NCBI GenBank assembly: GCA_963758635.1 | Contig: CAVWWD010000008.1 | Location: 544,001-608,000, forward strand | DNA: 64,000 nt | Direction: 5' to 3' | From: an uncultured Candidatus Rokubacteria bacterium | Lineage (GTDB): Bacteria > Methylomirabilota > Methylomirabilia > Rokubacteriales > CSP1-6 | Shown: positions 19,300 through 31,893 of the stretch, piece by piece | Position numbering within the stretch: position 1 is the stretch's first letter | Layout of the letters: the number at the start of each line of letters is the position of its first letter | The notes under the pieces: model-generated | Seen by the model: only the letters and a program-made list of their open reading frames with translations | What the model was told of the DNA's origin: nothing | Database searches by the model: none | Position numbers and translations under genes: made by a program

Positions 19300-20355
19300 A
19301 TGACCTCCGAGGAGCCGCGCCTCCACTGGGCGCCGCCGGCGCCCGTCTCCACGGAATACCGCGTCGGTCTCTGCGCCTGGCAGGACCGGAGCATGCTCCA
19401 GGACGGCCACTTCTATCCGCGGAAGACCATGACCTCGGAGGATCGGCTCTGGTGGTACGCGCAGTTCTTCGACTGCGTCGAGGTGAACTCGTCCTTCTAC
19501 GCGCCGCTCTCCGCGGAGAACGCGGTCCGCTGGGTGAAGCGCACGCCGCCCGGCTTCCTCTTCAGCGTCAAGGCCTACGCCCTCCTCACCGGCCACCACC
19601 TGGACGCGCAGCGGCTCCCGCCGGAGATCGCGGCCGTGCTGCCCGCCACCGTCCGCCCCAACGAGCGCGGCCAGATCGACAACGCCTCCATTCCGCCCGC
19701 GGCGCGCGATTGGGCCTTCGACGTGTTCCGCGAGCCGCTCCAGGTGCTCGCCGACGCCGGCAAGCTCGGCTACGTGCTGTTCCAGATGGCGCCGTGGGTG
19801 CGCTACGGGCCCGAGGCCCTCGACTATCTCGGGAGCCTGCCCCAGCGCCTGCCCGGCTGCACGGTCGCGGTGGAGCTGCGCGACGCCTCGTGGCTGCCCC
19901 GGCACGCCGAGGAGACGCTCGCCTTCCTCGCCGCGCGCGGCCTGACCTACGTCTCCGTCGACGCGCCGCGGACGCCGGCGATGGTCGCGAGCACGCTCGG
20001 GCTCACGTCGCCGGTGGGCATCGTCCGCCTCCACGGACGGAACGCCGAGGGTTTCATGCGGCAGCTCCGGGGCGAGGCGCCGAGCGTGGCGGAGAAGTAC
20101 GGCTACCTCTACGACGAGGCGGAGCTGGCTGGGATCGTCGATCGCGCCCGGCGGCTGGAAGGCGTCGCCCGGCGCGTGTACTTCAAGATGAACAACAACG
20201 TGGAGGACGCGCCCGCCATCAACGGCGAGCAGATCAAGGAGCTGCTGGGCCTGCCCACCGCCGATCGCGCCGGGGTCGAGACGGCCTGGCAGGCTCGCCG
20301 CAAGACGGCGCGGGCGGCCCGGCGCGCCCCCGGACGACCGGAATCCGCGTGCTAG
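19300..20355 (+). CDS. DUF72 family protein
   Basis: YAQFFDCVEVNSSFY, F.FSVKA, LFQ, AVELR..SW, RLHGRN, YLY. Confidence 0.9.
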   Translation: MTSEEPRLHWAPPAPVSTEYRVGLCAWQDRSMLQDGHFYPRKTMTSEDRLWWYAQFFDCVEVNSSFYAPLSAENAVRWVKRTPPGFLFSVKAYALLTGHHLDAQRLPPEIAAVLPATVRPNERGQIDNASIPPAARDWAFDVFREPLQVLADAGKLGYVLFQMAPWVRYGPEALDYLGSLPQRLPGCTVAVELRDASWLPRHAEETLAFLAARGLTYVSVDAPRTPAMVASTLGLTSPVGIVRLHGRNAEGFMRQLRGEAPSVAEKYGYLYDEAELAGIVDRARRLEGVARRVYFKMNNNVEDAPAINGEQIKELLGLPTADRAGVETAWQARRKTARAARRAPGRPESAC

Positions 20356-20385
20356 AATGCTCCATCCAAAGCCCGGGAGCGCCGC

Positions 20386-20775
20386 GTGCCGATCTACGAG
20401 TATGAATGCCACGGATGTCGACGGCGGGTGAGTCTCCTCATCCTCACGCCGTCGACGGCGCCGGCTCCGCAGTGCCCCCGGTGCGGCAGCGCTGACCTCT
20501 CGCGGCTGATGTCGCGATTCGCCACCATCAAGAGCGAGGATGCCCGTCTCGAGTCCATGGCCGATCCCGCGCAGTACGGCGATCTCGACGAGAACGATCC
20601 GAAGAGCGTGGCGCGCTTCATGAAGCGCATGGGCCAGGAGATGGGCGAGGACCTCGGAGACGACCTCGACGCCGCCGTCGAGGAGTCCATGGACGACGAC
20701 GCCGGAGACGGGGAGGGCATGGGCGACCTCGATGCCGGCCCCTCGGCCGGAGGCGGTGACGACGATGGGCTGTAG
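20386..20775 (+). CDS. FmdB-family zinc-ribbon protein with acidic tail
   Basis: MPIYEYECHGC...CPRCGS..LSRLMS. Confidence 0.9.
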   Translation: MPIYEYECHGCRRRVSLLILTPSTAPAPQCPRCGSADLSRLMSRFATIKSEDARLESMADPAQYGDLDENDPKSVARFMKRMGQEMGEDLGDDLDAAVEESMDDDAGDGEGMGDLDAGPSAGGGDDDGL

Positions 20776-20781
20776 TCGCTC

Positions 20782-21774
20782 ATGAAGGTCGAGGTCCACG
20801 CGAGCTTCGATGGCCTCGACCCCGAGCGCTGGAACGCCCTGGTCGCGCGAGCGGCTGGCGGCTCCGTCTTCCTCACCTGGCAGTGGCAGACCGAGTGGAT
20901 CGCGTCGTTCCTCGACGGCCGCGCGCTCCAGATCCTCACCGTGGTCGATCCCGCCGGCGCCCTCGCCGGCGTCCTTCCCCTCTACGCCGAGGCGGCGGGC
21001 CGCTGGCGGATCGTGGGCGGCGAGGACGTGTCGGACTACCTGGACCTCGCGGCCGCGCCCGGCGCCGAGGCCGCGGTGTGGGAGGCGCTCCTCCAGCAGC
21101 GAGGCGACGACGCGGCGGTGTGGGACCTGCGGGGCCTCCGCCCGGAGTCGCCCACGCTCGCGGTCCTGCCCGCGCTCGCGGCGGCGCGCGGCCTCGTCGC
21201 CACGGCCGAGCGCGAGGAGCGCTGCCCGATCCTGCCGCTGCCCGCGACCTGGGACGAGTACCTGACGCGGCTCAGCGGGAAGGATCGTCACGAGCTCCGG
21301 CGCAAGATGCGGAAGCTCGAGCATGAGCTGCCCGCGGTGACGGTGCGCGCCCACACCTCCGTGGACGGCTGGGACGAGGCGATGACGAGCTTCCTCACGC
21401 TGCACCGCGCGTCGCGGACGGGCAAGGCGCGCTTCATGGACGAGCGCATGGAGCGGTTCTTCCGGCGGAGCCTGCGCGCGCTCCTCGCCGCGGGGTGGAT
21501 GCGGCTCTGGTTCCTCGAGTCCGCGGGCGCGCCGGTGGCCGGCTTCCTCTGCATGGAGTACGGCGGCTCCGTCGGGCTCTACAACTCCGGGTTCGATCCC
21601 GCGCACGCGAAGCTCGCCCCCGGCATCGTGCTCCTCGGCCACGTGATCCGTGACGCCATCGAGCGCGGCGTGCCCGTGTTCGACTTCCTCCGCGGCGAGG
21701 AGCCGTACAAGTACGCGTTCGGGCCCGCCCCGCACGATCTCTTCCGCCTGTCCCTGGGCCCGGCCGCCCCCTGA
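20782..21774 (+). CDS. GNAT (CelD/BcsL-like, Acetyltransf_6) protein
   Basis: FLTWQW, SDYLD, LP.TWDEYL..LS.K.R.ELRR, FDFLRGEEPYK. Confidence 0.85.
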   Translation: MKVEVHASFDGLDPERWNALVARAAGGSVFLTWQWQTEWIASFLDGRALQILTVVDPAGALAGVLPLYAEAAGRWRIVGGEDVSDYLDLAAAPGAEAAVWEALLQQRGDDAAVWDLRGLRPESPTLAVLPALAAARGLVATAEREERCPILPLPATWDEYLTRLSGKDRHELRRKMRKLEHELPAVTVRAHTSVDGWDEAMTSFLTLHRASRTGKARFMDERMERFFRRSLRALLAAGWMRLWFLESAGAPVAGFLCMEYGGSVGLYNSGFDPAHAKLAPGIVLLGHVIRDAIERGVPVFDFLRGEEPYKYAFGPAPHDLFRLSLGPAAP

Positions 21775-23021
21775 TGCTGCGCGTCGCCGTCCTCTCGGTG
21801 CACACGTGCCCGCTCGCCGCCCTCGGCGGCAAGGAGACGGGGGGCATGAACGTCTACGTGCGCGAGATGTCGCGCGAGCTCGGGCGCATGGGCGCGCACG
21901 TGGACGTCTACACGCGGTCGCAGGACCCGAGCATCCGGCGGATCGTCCCGCTGGGGACGGGCGCTCGCGTGATCCACCTGCCCGCCGGACCCGAGGCGCC
22001 CATGGCGCGCGAGGCCGTGCACGAGCACCTGCCGGAGTTCGTGGCCCGGCTCGAGGCGCAGCGGACCGCGGACGGGCTCGACTACGACCTGATCCACGCC
22101 CACTACTGGCTGTCCGGAGTGGCCGGGCTCACCCTGCGCGACCGCTGGCAGGTCCCGCTGGTCCAGATGTTCCACACCCTCGGGCGCCTCAAGAACACCG
22201 TGGCCCGCGCGCCCGGCGAGGTGGAGTCCGGCCTGCGCATCGGCGAGGAGGCGCGGATCGCGCGTCTCGCGGACCGCATCGTGGCCGCCAACGTGGTCGA
22301 GCGCGCCGACCTGGTGTGGCACTACGGCGCCGCCGCCGATCGCGTGGCGGTGATTCCCTGCGGCGTCGACACCGAGATGTTCCGCCCCATGGCCCAGCCG
22401 GTGGCCAAGGACCTGCTCGAGCTCCCGCCCGAGCCGCTGCTCCTCTTCGTGGGGCGGCTCCAGCCCATCAAGGGTCTGGAGACGCTGCTCGACGCCATGA
22501 CGCGCCTGGCCGGGCGCGCGCGGCTCCTCATCATCGGCGGCGACCAGGACGAGCCCGACAACGCGCACGCCGAGCGGCTGCGCCTGCGGGTGGACGCCCT
22601 CGGGCTGCGCGCGCGCGTGCGGTTCCTCGGCGCCCAGCCCCAGGACCGGCTGCGGCTCTTCTACGCGGCGGCCGACGCCACCGTGATGCCGTCGTACTAC
22701 GAGTCGTTCGGCATGGTGGCGCTCGAGGCGATGGCGTGCGGCACGCCGGTCATCGCCTCGCGGGTGGGCGGCCTCACCACCACCGTGCGCGACGGCGTCA
22801 CCGGCTACCTGGTGCCCGAGGGCGACGCGGCCGCGCTCGCCGAGCGCATGGAGGCCGTGCTGGCCGACGCGACCACGCGCGAGCGCCTGGGGCGCGAGGC
22901 CGTGCGGTGGGCGGCCGAGCACCGGTGGCCGTGCATCGCCGAGAAGGTCTGCGGCCTCTACTCGGAGCTCCGCCCCGCGGCGTCACCGCATCTCGATCAC
23001 GCCCGCTGTCGCGAATCGTAG
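21774..23021 (+). CDS. MshA-like GT4 glycosyltransferase
   Basis: HTCPLAALGGKETGGMNVY, HAHYWLSG, VGRLQPIKG, ESFGMVALEAMACGTPV. Confidence 0.85.
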   Translation: MLRVAVLSVHTCPLAALGGKETGGMNVYVREMSRELGRMGAHVDVYTRSQDPSIRRIVPLGTGARVIHLPAGPEAPMAREAVHEHLPEFVARLEAQRTADGLDYDLIHAHYWLSGVAGLTLRDRWQVPLVQMFHTLGRLKNTVARAPGEVESGLRIGEEARIARLADRIVAANVVERADLVWHYGAAADRVAVIPCGVDTEMFRPMAQPVAKDLLELPPEPLLLFVGRLQPIKGLETLLDAMTRLAGRARLLIIGGDQDEPDNAHAERLRLRVDALGLRARVRFLGAQPQDRLRLFYAAADATVMPSYYESFGMVALEAMACGTPVIASRVGGLTTTVRDGVTGYLVPEGDAAALAERMEAVLADATTRERLGREAVRWAAEHRWPCIAEKVCGLYSELRPAASPHLDHARCRES

Positions 23022-23029
23022 GAGGGACC

Positions 23030-24257
<1,228 letters not shown>

Positions 24258-24260
24258 TTC

Positions 24261-26704
24261 GTGGCCGCGCACGCGCGTGCGGTGATCGTCGGCGGCGGCA
24301 TCATCGGCTGCAGCGTCGCCTACCACCTCACGAAGGCCGGCTGGAAGGACGTTGTGCTCCTCGAGCAGGGCCGGCTGTCCGGCGGCACCACGTGGCACGC
24401 CGCCGGGCTCGTGGGCCAGCTCCGCTCGTCCGCCAACCTCACGCGGCTCATCCGCTACAGCGCCGACCTCTACAGCCGCCTCGAGGCCGAGACCGGGCAG
24501 GCCACGGGCTGGAAGCGCTGCGGCAGCATCTCGGTGGCGCGCACGCCCGAGCGCATGGTGCAGCTCAAGCGCGAACGCGGCCCTCGCGCGCGTCTACGGC
24601 GTGGAGGCCGAGGTCGTCGGCCTCGAGGAAGCGCGGCGGCTCTACCCGCCGATGCGCGTGGACGACCTCGTGGGCGCGGTGTGGATCCCCGGCGACGGCA
24701 AGGCCAACCCCGCCGACGTCACGCAGGCGCTGGCCCGCGGCGCGCGCGCGGGCGGGGCCACGCTGCGCGAGGGCGTCCGCGTCACCGGCGTGCGCGTCCG
24801 GCGCGGGGCGGTGGCGGGCGTCGACACCTCGGATGGCGCCATCGACGCCGAGGTGGTCGTCAACTGCGCGGGGATGTGGGCGCGGGAGCTCGGGCGCATG
24901 AGCGGCGTCACGATTCCGCTGCATGCGTGCGAGCACATGTACATGGTCACGCAGCCCATGGCCGGCGTCGGCGCCGACCTGCCCGTGATGCGGGACGCCG
25001 ACGGCCACGTCTACTTCAAGGAGGAGGTGGGCGGGCTCCTCATGGGCGGCTTCGACCCGTGGGCCAAGCCGTGGGGCATGGACGGCATCCCGCCGGACTT
25101 CAGCTTCGCGACCCTGCCGGAGGACTGGGAGAAGTTCGAGGTCCTCATGTCGAACGCGATCGTGCGCGTGCCCGATCTCGAAGGCGCCGCGGTGCGCCTG
25201 CTCATGAACGGGCCGGAGAGCTTCACCCCGGACAACTACTTCATCCTCGGCGAGGCGCCCGAGCTGCGCCGCTACTACGTCGCCGCCGGCTTCTGCTCCG
25301 GCGGCATCGCGGCGGCGGGCGGCGCGGGGCACGCCCTCGCGGAGTGGATCGTCGCGGACCGCGCGCCGATGGACCTCTGGCCGGCCGACATGCGCCGCTT
25401 CGCGCCCTTCCACGGCGACGCGCGGCTTCCTGCGCGAGCGCGCGAGCGAGATCGTCGGGCGTGCACTACTTCGTGGCCTTCCCGAACCGCGAGCTCGAGA
25501 GCGGCCGGGGGCTCCGCCGCTCGCCGCTCTACGACCGGCTCCGGACGCGCGGCGCCGCCTTCGGCGCCAAGATGGGCTGGGAGCGCGCCAACTGGTTCGC
25601 GCGGGACCGGCGAGCCGGCGGAGACCGACGTACTCGTTCGGCCGGCAGAACTGGTTCGATCGCGTGGCCGCGGAGCACCGCGCCACCCGCGAGGCGGTGG
25701 CCGTCTTCGACCAGACCTCGTTCGGCAAGCTCCTCCTCGAGGGGCCCGATGCCGCCGCCGTGCTCCAGCGCCTGTGCGCCAACGACGTGGACGTGCCGGC
25801 CGGGGCGCCTCGTCTACACGGGCATGCTGAACGAGCAGGGGGGCTACGAGAGCGACTTCACGGTGACGCGGCTGGCCGAGGACGCGTTCCTGATCGTGAC
25901 CGGATCCGCCCAGACCACGCGGGACGCGTCGTGGATCCGGCGGCAACGTTCCGGACGGGGCGCAGGGCGAGCCTGACCGACGTCACCGCCGCGTGGGCGG
26001 TGCTGGGCGTCATGGGCCCCCGGTCGCGCGAGCTCCTGTCGCGCCTCACCGCCGCCGAGCTGTCGAACGACGCGTTCCCGTTCTCCACGATGCGTGAGAT
26101 CGACGTCGGGCACGCGCCCGTCCGCGCCGCCCGCATCACCTACGTGGGCGAGCTCGGCTGGGAGCTCTACGTGCCGGTGGAGTTCGCCGCCGGCCTCTAC
26201 GAGGCGCTCCTCGGGGCAGGGGCGGACCTGGGGCTCGCCGACGCCGGCTACTACGCCATCGACTCCCTCCGCGTGGAGAAGGCGTACCGCGCGTGGGGCC
26301 GCGAGCTCACCACCGAGGACGGCCCGGTCGAGGCCGGCCTCGCCTTCGCGGTGCGTCCCGACAAGCCCGGCGGCTTCATCGGACGGGACGCCTTCCTCCG
26401 GGCCCGCGAGCAGCCGCTGACCCGGCGGCTCGTGAGCTTCGTCCTCGAGGATCCGGCCGCGCTTGCGTGGGGCGACGAGCCCATCCTGTGCGACGGCCGT
26501 GTCGTGGGCTCCGTGAGCTCGGCCGCGTTCGGCCACACGCTGGGCCGCGCGGTGGCGCTCGGGTACGTCACGCACCCGGACGGCGTGGACGCGTCGCTCC
26601 TGGGCGGGGCCACGTTCGAGCTCGACATCGGCGGCGAGCGATTCAAGGCGCGGGCCGGGCTGCGGGCGCCGTACGATCCCGAGGGCCTGCGCGCGAAGGT
26701 CTGA
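24261..26704 (+). CDS. FAD-dependent oxidoreductase with GcvT/folate domain (dimethylglycine/sarcosine dehydrogenase family; several indels)
   Basis: VIVGGGIIG, GTTWHAAGL, NGPESFTPD, GWERANWF, RITYVGELGWELY, SLRVEKAYRAWG. Confidence 0.9.
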
Positions 26705-26820
26705 GAGCGATGTGAATGAGCGGCGAGAGGGCACTCCGCGTGTACGCAGAATCGCGGTGTTGGCCCTCTTGGCGACGTCAAGATCCGCGTATCTTCACAA
26801 CCGAGACGAGGAGAGCAGCC

Positions 26821-27948
26821 ATGAGCGATCCGTTTCTCCTGACCCCCGGGCCCCTCACCACGTCCTCGGCCACGAAGGAAGCGATGCTCCACGACTGGGG
26901 CTCGCGGGACCTCGAGTTCATCCGCATGAACGCGCGGGTCCGCGACCGATTGCTCGACCTGGCGGGCGGGCGTGGCAGCCATGTCTGCGTGCCGCTCCAG
27001 GGCAGCGGCACGTTCATCGTCGAGGCCATGGTGGGCACGCTGGTGCCGCCGGGCGGGAAGCTCCTCGTGCTGGTCAACGGCGCGTACGGGCGTCGCGTGG
27101 TCCGGATCTGCGAGTACTACCGGCGCGCCGTCGCGGTGCTCGAGACCCCCGAGGACACGCCGGTCGACCCTGCCGCCCTGGACGCCGCGCTCGGCGCCGA
27201 CCCCGCGATCAGCCACGTCCTCGTGGTCCACTGCGAGACCACGTCCGGCGTGCTGAACCCCGTGGCCGAGGTGGCCGCGGTGACGGCGCGGCGGAGCCGC
27301 CGCCTCCTGGTCGATGCGATGAGCGCCTTCGGCGCCATCCCGCTGGACGCCGCCCGCGTGCCCTACGACGCGCTGGTCGCCTCGTCCAACAAGTGCCTGG
27401 AGGGCGTGCCGGGCGTGGGCTTCGCCATCGTGCGCCAGGCGGCGCTCGAAGAGGCGGCGGGCCAGGCGCCCTCGCTCAGCCTCGACCTGCACGACCAGTG
27501 GGTCGTGATGGAGAAGACCGGCCAGTGGCGGTTCACGCCGCCCACCCACGTGATCGCCGCCCTCGACCAGGCCATCGCCGAGCACGCGGCGGAGGGCGGG
27601 GTGGCCGGGCGCGGTGGCCGCTATGCCCGGAACTGCCGGGTGCTCGTGGATGGGCTCCGGGCCCTCGGCTTCCGGACGCTGCTGCCGGACGACCGCCAGG
27701 CGCCGATCATCGTCACCGTGCACATGCCGGGGGACGCGCGCTTCGCGTTCGACGCCTTCTACGCCGAGCTGGCGCGGCGCGGCTTCGTCATCTACCCCGG
27801 CAAGCTCACCGTGGCCGACAGCTTCCGCATCGGCTGCATCGGGCGGCTGGGCGAGGCGGAGATGCGGGGCGTCCTCGCCGCGATCCGGGAGATCCTGGCC
27901 GACATGGGCGTGACCGACTGCGCCCCGCGGACCGCCTCCCGAGACTGA
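26821..27948 (+). CDS. phnW: 2-aminoethylphosphonate-pyruvate transaminase
   Basis: LLTPGPLTTS, DWGSRD, LQGSGT, HCETTSG, SSNKCLEG (PLP Lys), QWRFTPPTH, FVIYPGKL. Confidence 0.95.
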   Translation: MSDPFLLTPGPLTTSSATKEAMLHDWGSRDLEFIRMNARVRDRLLDLAGGRGSHVCVPLQGSGTFIVEAMVGTLVPPGGKLLVLVNGAYGRRVVRICEYYRRAVAVLETPEDTPVDPAALDAALGADPAISHVLVVHCETTSGVLNPVAEVAAVTARRSRRLLVDAMSAFGAIPLDAARVPYDALVASSNKCLEGVPGVGFAIVRQAALEEAAGQAPSLSLDLHDQWVVMEKTGQWRFTPPTHVIAALDQAIAEHAAEGGVAGRGGRYARNCRVLVDGLRALGFRTLLPDDRQAPIIVTVHMPGDARFAFDAFYAELARRGFVIYPGKLTVADSFRIGCIGRLGEAEMRGVLAAIREILADMGVTDCAPRTASRD

Positions 27949-28065
27949 GCGCGCGCGAGGCTCCTCAATACGCAGGGGCGGGCGGGCGAAGCCCGGGCGC
28001 CCGCCCCGAAAGACCGTGACGGGCTTGCGATCTGGAGTACAATCGGCCCCCGAGGCGCCGGAAAC

Positions 28066-29060
<995 letters not shown>

Positions 29061-29064
<4 letters not shown>

Positions 29065-30053
29065 CGGAGACGGCCGGGCGCGACGACGTGATCCTGGAGG
29101 TGCGGAACCTCGTCAAGCACTTCCAGGTCAACGCCGGGTTCTTCGGGCGCGCCGGCGGCACCGTCAAGGCCGTCGACGGCGTGAGCTTCTCGATCCGCCG
29201 CGGCGAGACCCTGGGCCTGGTCGGCGAGTCCGGCTGCGGCAAGACCACCACCGGCCGGTGCATCCTCCAGCTCGAGCAGCCCACGAGCGGCGAGGTGCTC
29301 TTCGAGGGCAAGGACCTCGCCACGGTCTCGGGCGCGGAACTGCGGCGGATGCGGCGGAAGATCCAGGTCATCTTCCAGGACCCGTACAGCTCGCTGAACC
29401 CGCGCATGACGGTGGGCCAGATCATCGGCGAGCCGCTCGCCGTGCACGGGATCGTGCCCGGCCGCCCGGCCCGCGCGGCGCGGGTGCGGGAGCTCCTCAC
29501 GCACGCCGGGCTCCTTCCCGCGATGGCCGACCGCTACCCGCACGAGCTCTCCGGCGGCCAGCGCCAGCGCGTGGGGATCGCCCGGGCCCTGGCCATGGAG
29601 CCCGAGCTGATCGTGTGCGACGAGCCGGTCTCGGCCCTGGACGTGTCGATCCAGGCCCAGATCATCAACCTCCTCGAGGACCTGCAGTCCCGCTTCGGCC
29701 TCACGTACCTGTTCGTGGCCCACGACCTCTCCGTGGTCCGGCACATCTCCGACCGGGTCGCCGTCATGTACCTGGGCAAGATCGTCGAGATCACCGACCG
29801 GAAGTCCCTCTACGAGAGCCCGCAGCATCCGTACACGAAGGCGCTCCTGTCCGCGGTTCCCATTCCCGACCCCGTCGTCGAGGCCGGGCGCGAGCGGATC
29901 GTGCTCGGCGGCGAGGTGCCGAGCCCGCTCAATCCGCCCTCGGGCTGCGTATTCCATCCGCGGTGTCCGATCGCCATCGACGAGTGCAGCCGCGTCATCC
30001 CCGACCTCCGCGAGATCCGCCCCGATCACCGGGCTGCCTGCATCCGGCTGTGA
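29061..30053 (+). CDS. Dpp/Opp-type ABC transporter ATP-binding protein
   Basis: [24 protein letters not shown]. Confidence 0.95.
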
Positions 30054-30069
30054 CGCGACGCATTGAGCC

Positions 30070-30097
30070 TTGACAGCGGGGCGGTCTGACCGATACT
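30070..30097 (+). promoter_or_regulatory. Putative sigma70 promoter
   Basis: TTGACA-N16-GATACT upstream of the first binding-protein gene. Confidence 0.5.
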
Positions 30098-30254
30098 TGT
30101 CAGCGCAACCCTCCGCGCAACCCCCCGGGAACCTTTGCGTTCCTTCCCGGGTTGGTCGCGGTGAGGAGGCGGCTTCCGGCGCGGGCGGCTCCCCATTCGG
30201 GCGGTCTTCACGCGCGGCGCGACATGTGATCCCAACGAAGGAGGAGAGAGTCCC

Positions 30255-31868
30255 TTGCGAGATCTGAGGAGCGCGAAAGCGGCCGTCGTCGCCTCGCTGG
30301 TCGCGGTGGTGTGCTTACTGGCTGCCCTTCCCGCGACGGCCCAGGAGAAGCCACGGCACGGCGGCGAGCTGATCTTCCTCGTGCCGTCGGAGCCGCCTTC
30401 CTACGACGCCCATCGCGAGGGAACGTTCGGCACCGTCCAGCCGCTCGCCCCCTTCTACAGCACGCTGCTCCGCATGGATCCGTTCGACAAGACGGGCACC
30501 AGGCCGGTGGCCGACGCCGCGGAGTCATGGACGATCTCGAAGGACGGCCTGGTCTACACCCTCAAGCTTCGCCAGGGCATCAAGTTCCACGACGGCGGCG
30601 AGATGACCTCGCGCGACGTGAAGGCCAGCTACGACAAGATCGTGTCCCCGCCCGCCGGCATCGTCTCGTACCGCAAGGGCACCTACCGGGCGGTGGAGGC
30701 GGTCGAGGCGCCCGACAAGTACACGATCCGCTTCCGGCTGAAGTGGCCGGAGGCGTCGTTCCTCGTGAACCTGGCCTCGCCGTACAGCTGGATCTACAAG
30801 GCCGACATCCTCGCCAAGGACCTCCGCTGGTACGAGACGAACGTGATGGGCACCGGCGCGTTCAAGTTCGTCGAGCACGTCAAGGGCTCGCACATGGTCG
30901 GCAAGAAGAACCCCGACTACTGGGACAAGGGCAAGCCCTACCTCGACGGCTTCCGGGCGATGTTCATCAGCTCCTCGTCCGCGCAGGTCGCGGCGATCCG
31001 GGGTGAGCGCGCCCACATCCAGTTCCGTGGCTTCAGCCCGGCCGACCGCGACGGCCTCGTGCAGGCGCTCGGGCCGAAGATCACGGTGCAGGAGAGCCCG
31101 TGGAACTGCGTGCTGCTGGTCGCGATGAACCACGACAAGAAGCCCTTCGGGGACAAGCGGGTCCGGAAGGCCCTCACGCTGGCCCTGGACCGGTGGGAGG
31201 CGTCCAAGAATCTCTCACGCATCGCCGTCGTGAAAGAGGTGGGCGGTATCCAGACCCCGGGCACCCAGTGGGCGACGCCGCCGGAGGAGCTCGAGAAGCT
31301 GGCCGGCTACGGCCGTGACGTCGGGAAGTCCCGGGCCGAGGCCCGGCGGCTCCTGAAGGAGGCGGGCGTTCCCGAGGGCTTCGCCTTCACCTTCAAGAAC
31401 CGCGGCATTCCCCAGCCGTACGAGCCGGTGGGCATCTGGCTGATCGACCAATGGCGTCAGATCGGCATCAACGTGAAGCAGGAGGTCGTGGAGGCGTCCG
31501 CGTACCACCCCATGCTGCTGCGCGGCGATTACGACGTGGCCATGGACTTCCAGTGCAGCTTCGTGGTCGAGCCGGACGTCGACATCGCCAAGTTCCAGTC
31601 GCACGGGATCGCGGAGAATAACTTCACGCGGCACAAGGACCCCGTGCTCGACGACCTGTTCGTCAAGCAGGCCCGGGCGATCGACCCGGAGGAGCGGAAG
31701 AAGCACCTGCGGGCGTTCGAGAAGCGTCTTCTCGACGAGGAGGTCCATTCCATCTACACGCTGCACCAGCATCGGATCATCCCTCACAGCTCGAAGGTCA
31801 AGGGGTGGACGGTCACGCCCAGCCACTACCTGAACCACCAGCTCGACACGGTCTGGCTGGCCGAATGA
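30255..31868 (+). CDS. ABC substrate-binding protein, family 5 (copy 1)
   Basis: Signal peptide; AESWTIS.DG..YT.KLR.G.KFHDG; GTG.FKF; KNPDYW. Confidence 0.93.
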   Translation: MRDLRSAKAAVVASLVAVVCLLAALPATAQEKPRHGGELIFLVPSEPPSYDAHREGTFGTVQPLAPFYSTLLRMDPFDKTGTRPVADAAESWTISKDGLVYTLKLRQGIKFHDGGEMTSRDVKASYDKIVSPPAGIVSYRKGTYRAVEAVEAPDKYTIRFRLKWPEASFLVNLASPYSWIYKADILAKDLRWYETNVMGTGAFKFVEHVKGSHMVGKKNPDYWDKGKPYLDGFRAMFISSSSAQVAAIRGERAHIQFRGFSPADRDGLVQALGPKITVQESPWNCVLLVAMNHDKKPFGDKRVRKALTLALDRWEASKNLSRIAVVKEVGGIQTPGTQWATPPEELEKLAGYGRDVGKSRAEARRLLKEAGVPEGFAFTFKNRGIPQPYEPVGIWLIDQWRQIGINVKQEVVEASAYHPMLLRGDYDVAMDFQCSFVVEPDVDIAKFQSHGIAENNFTRHKDPVLDDLFVKQARAIDPEERKKHLRAFEKRLLDEEVHSIYTLHQHRIIPHSSKVKGWTVTPSHYLNHQLDTVWLAE

Positions 31869-31893
31869 CGGCCGGCATGGAAGGGGACCCTCG

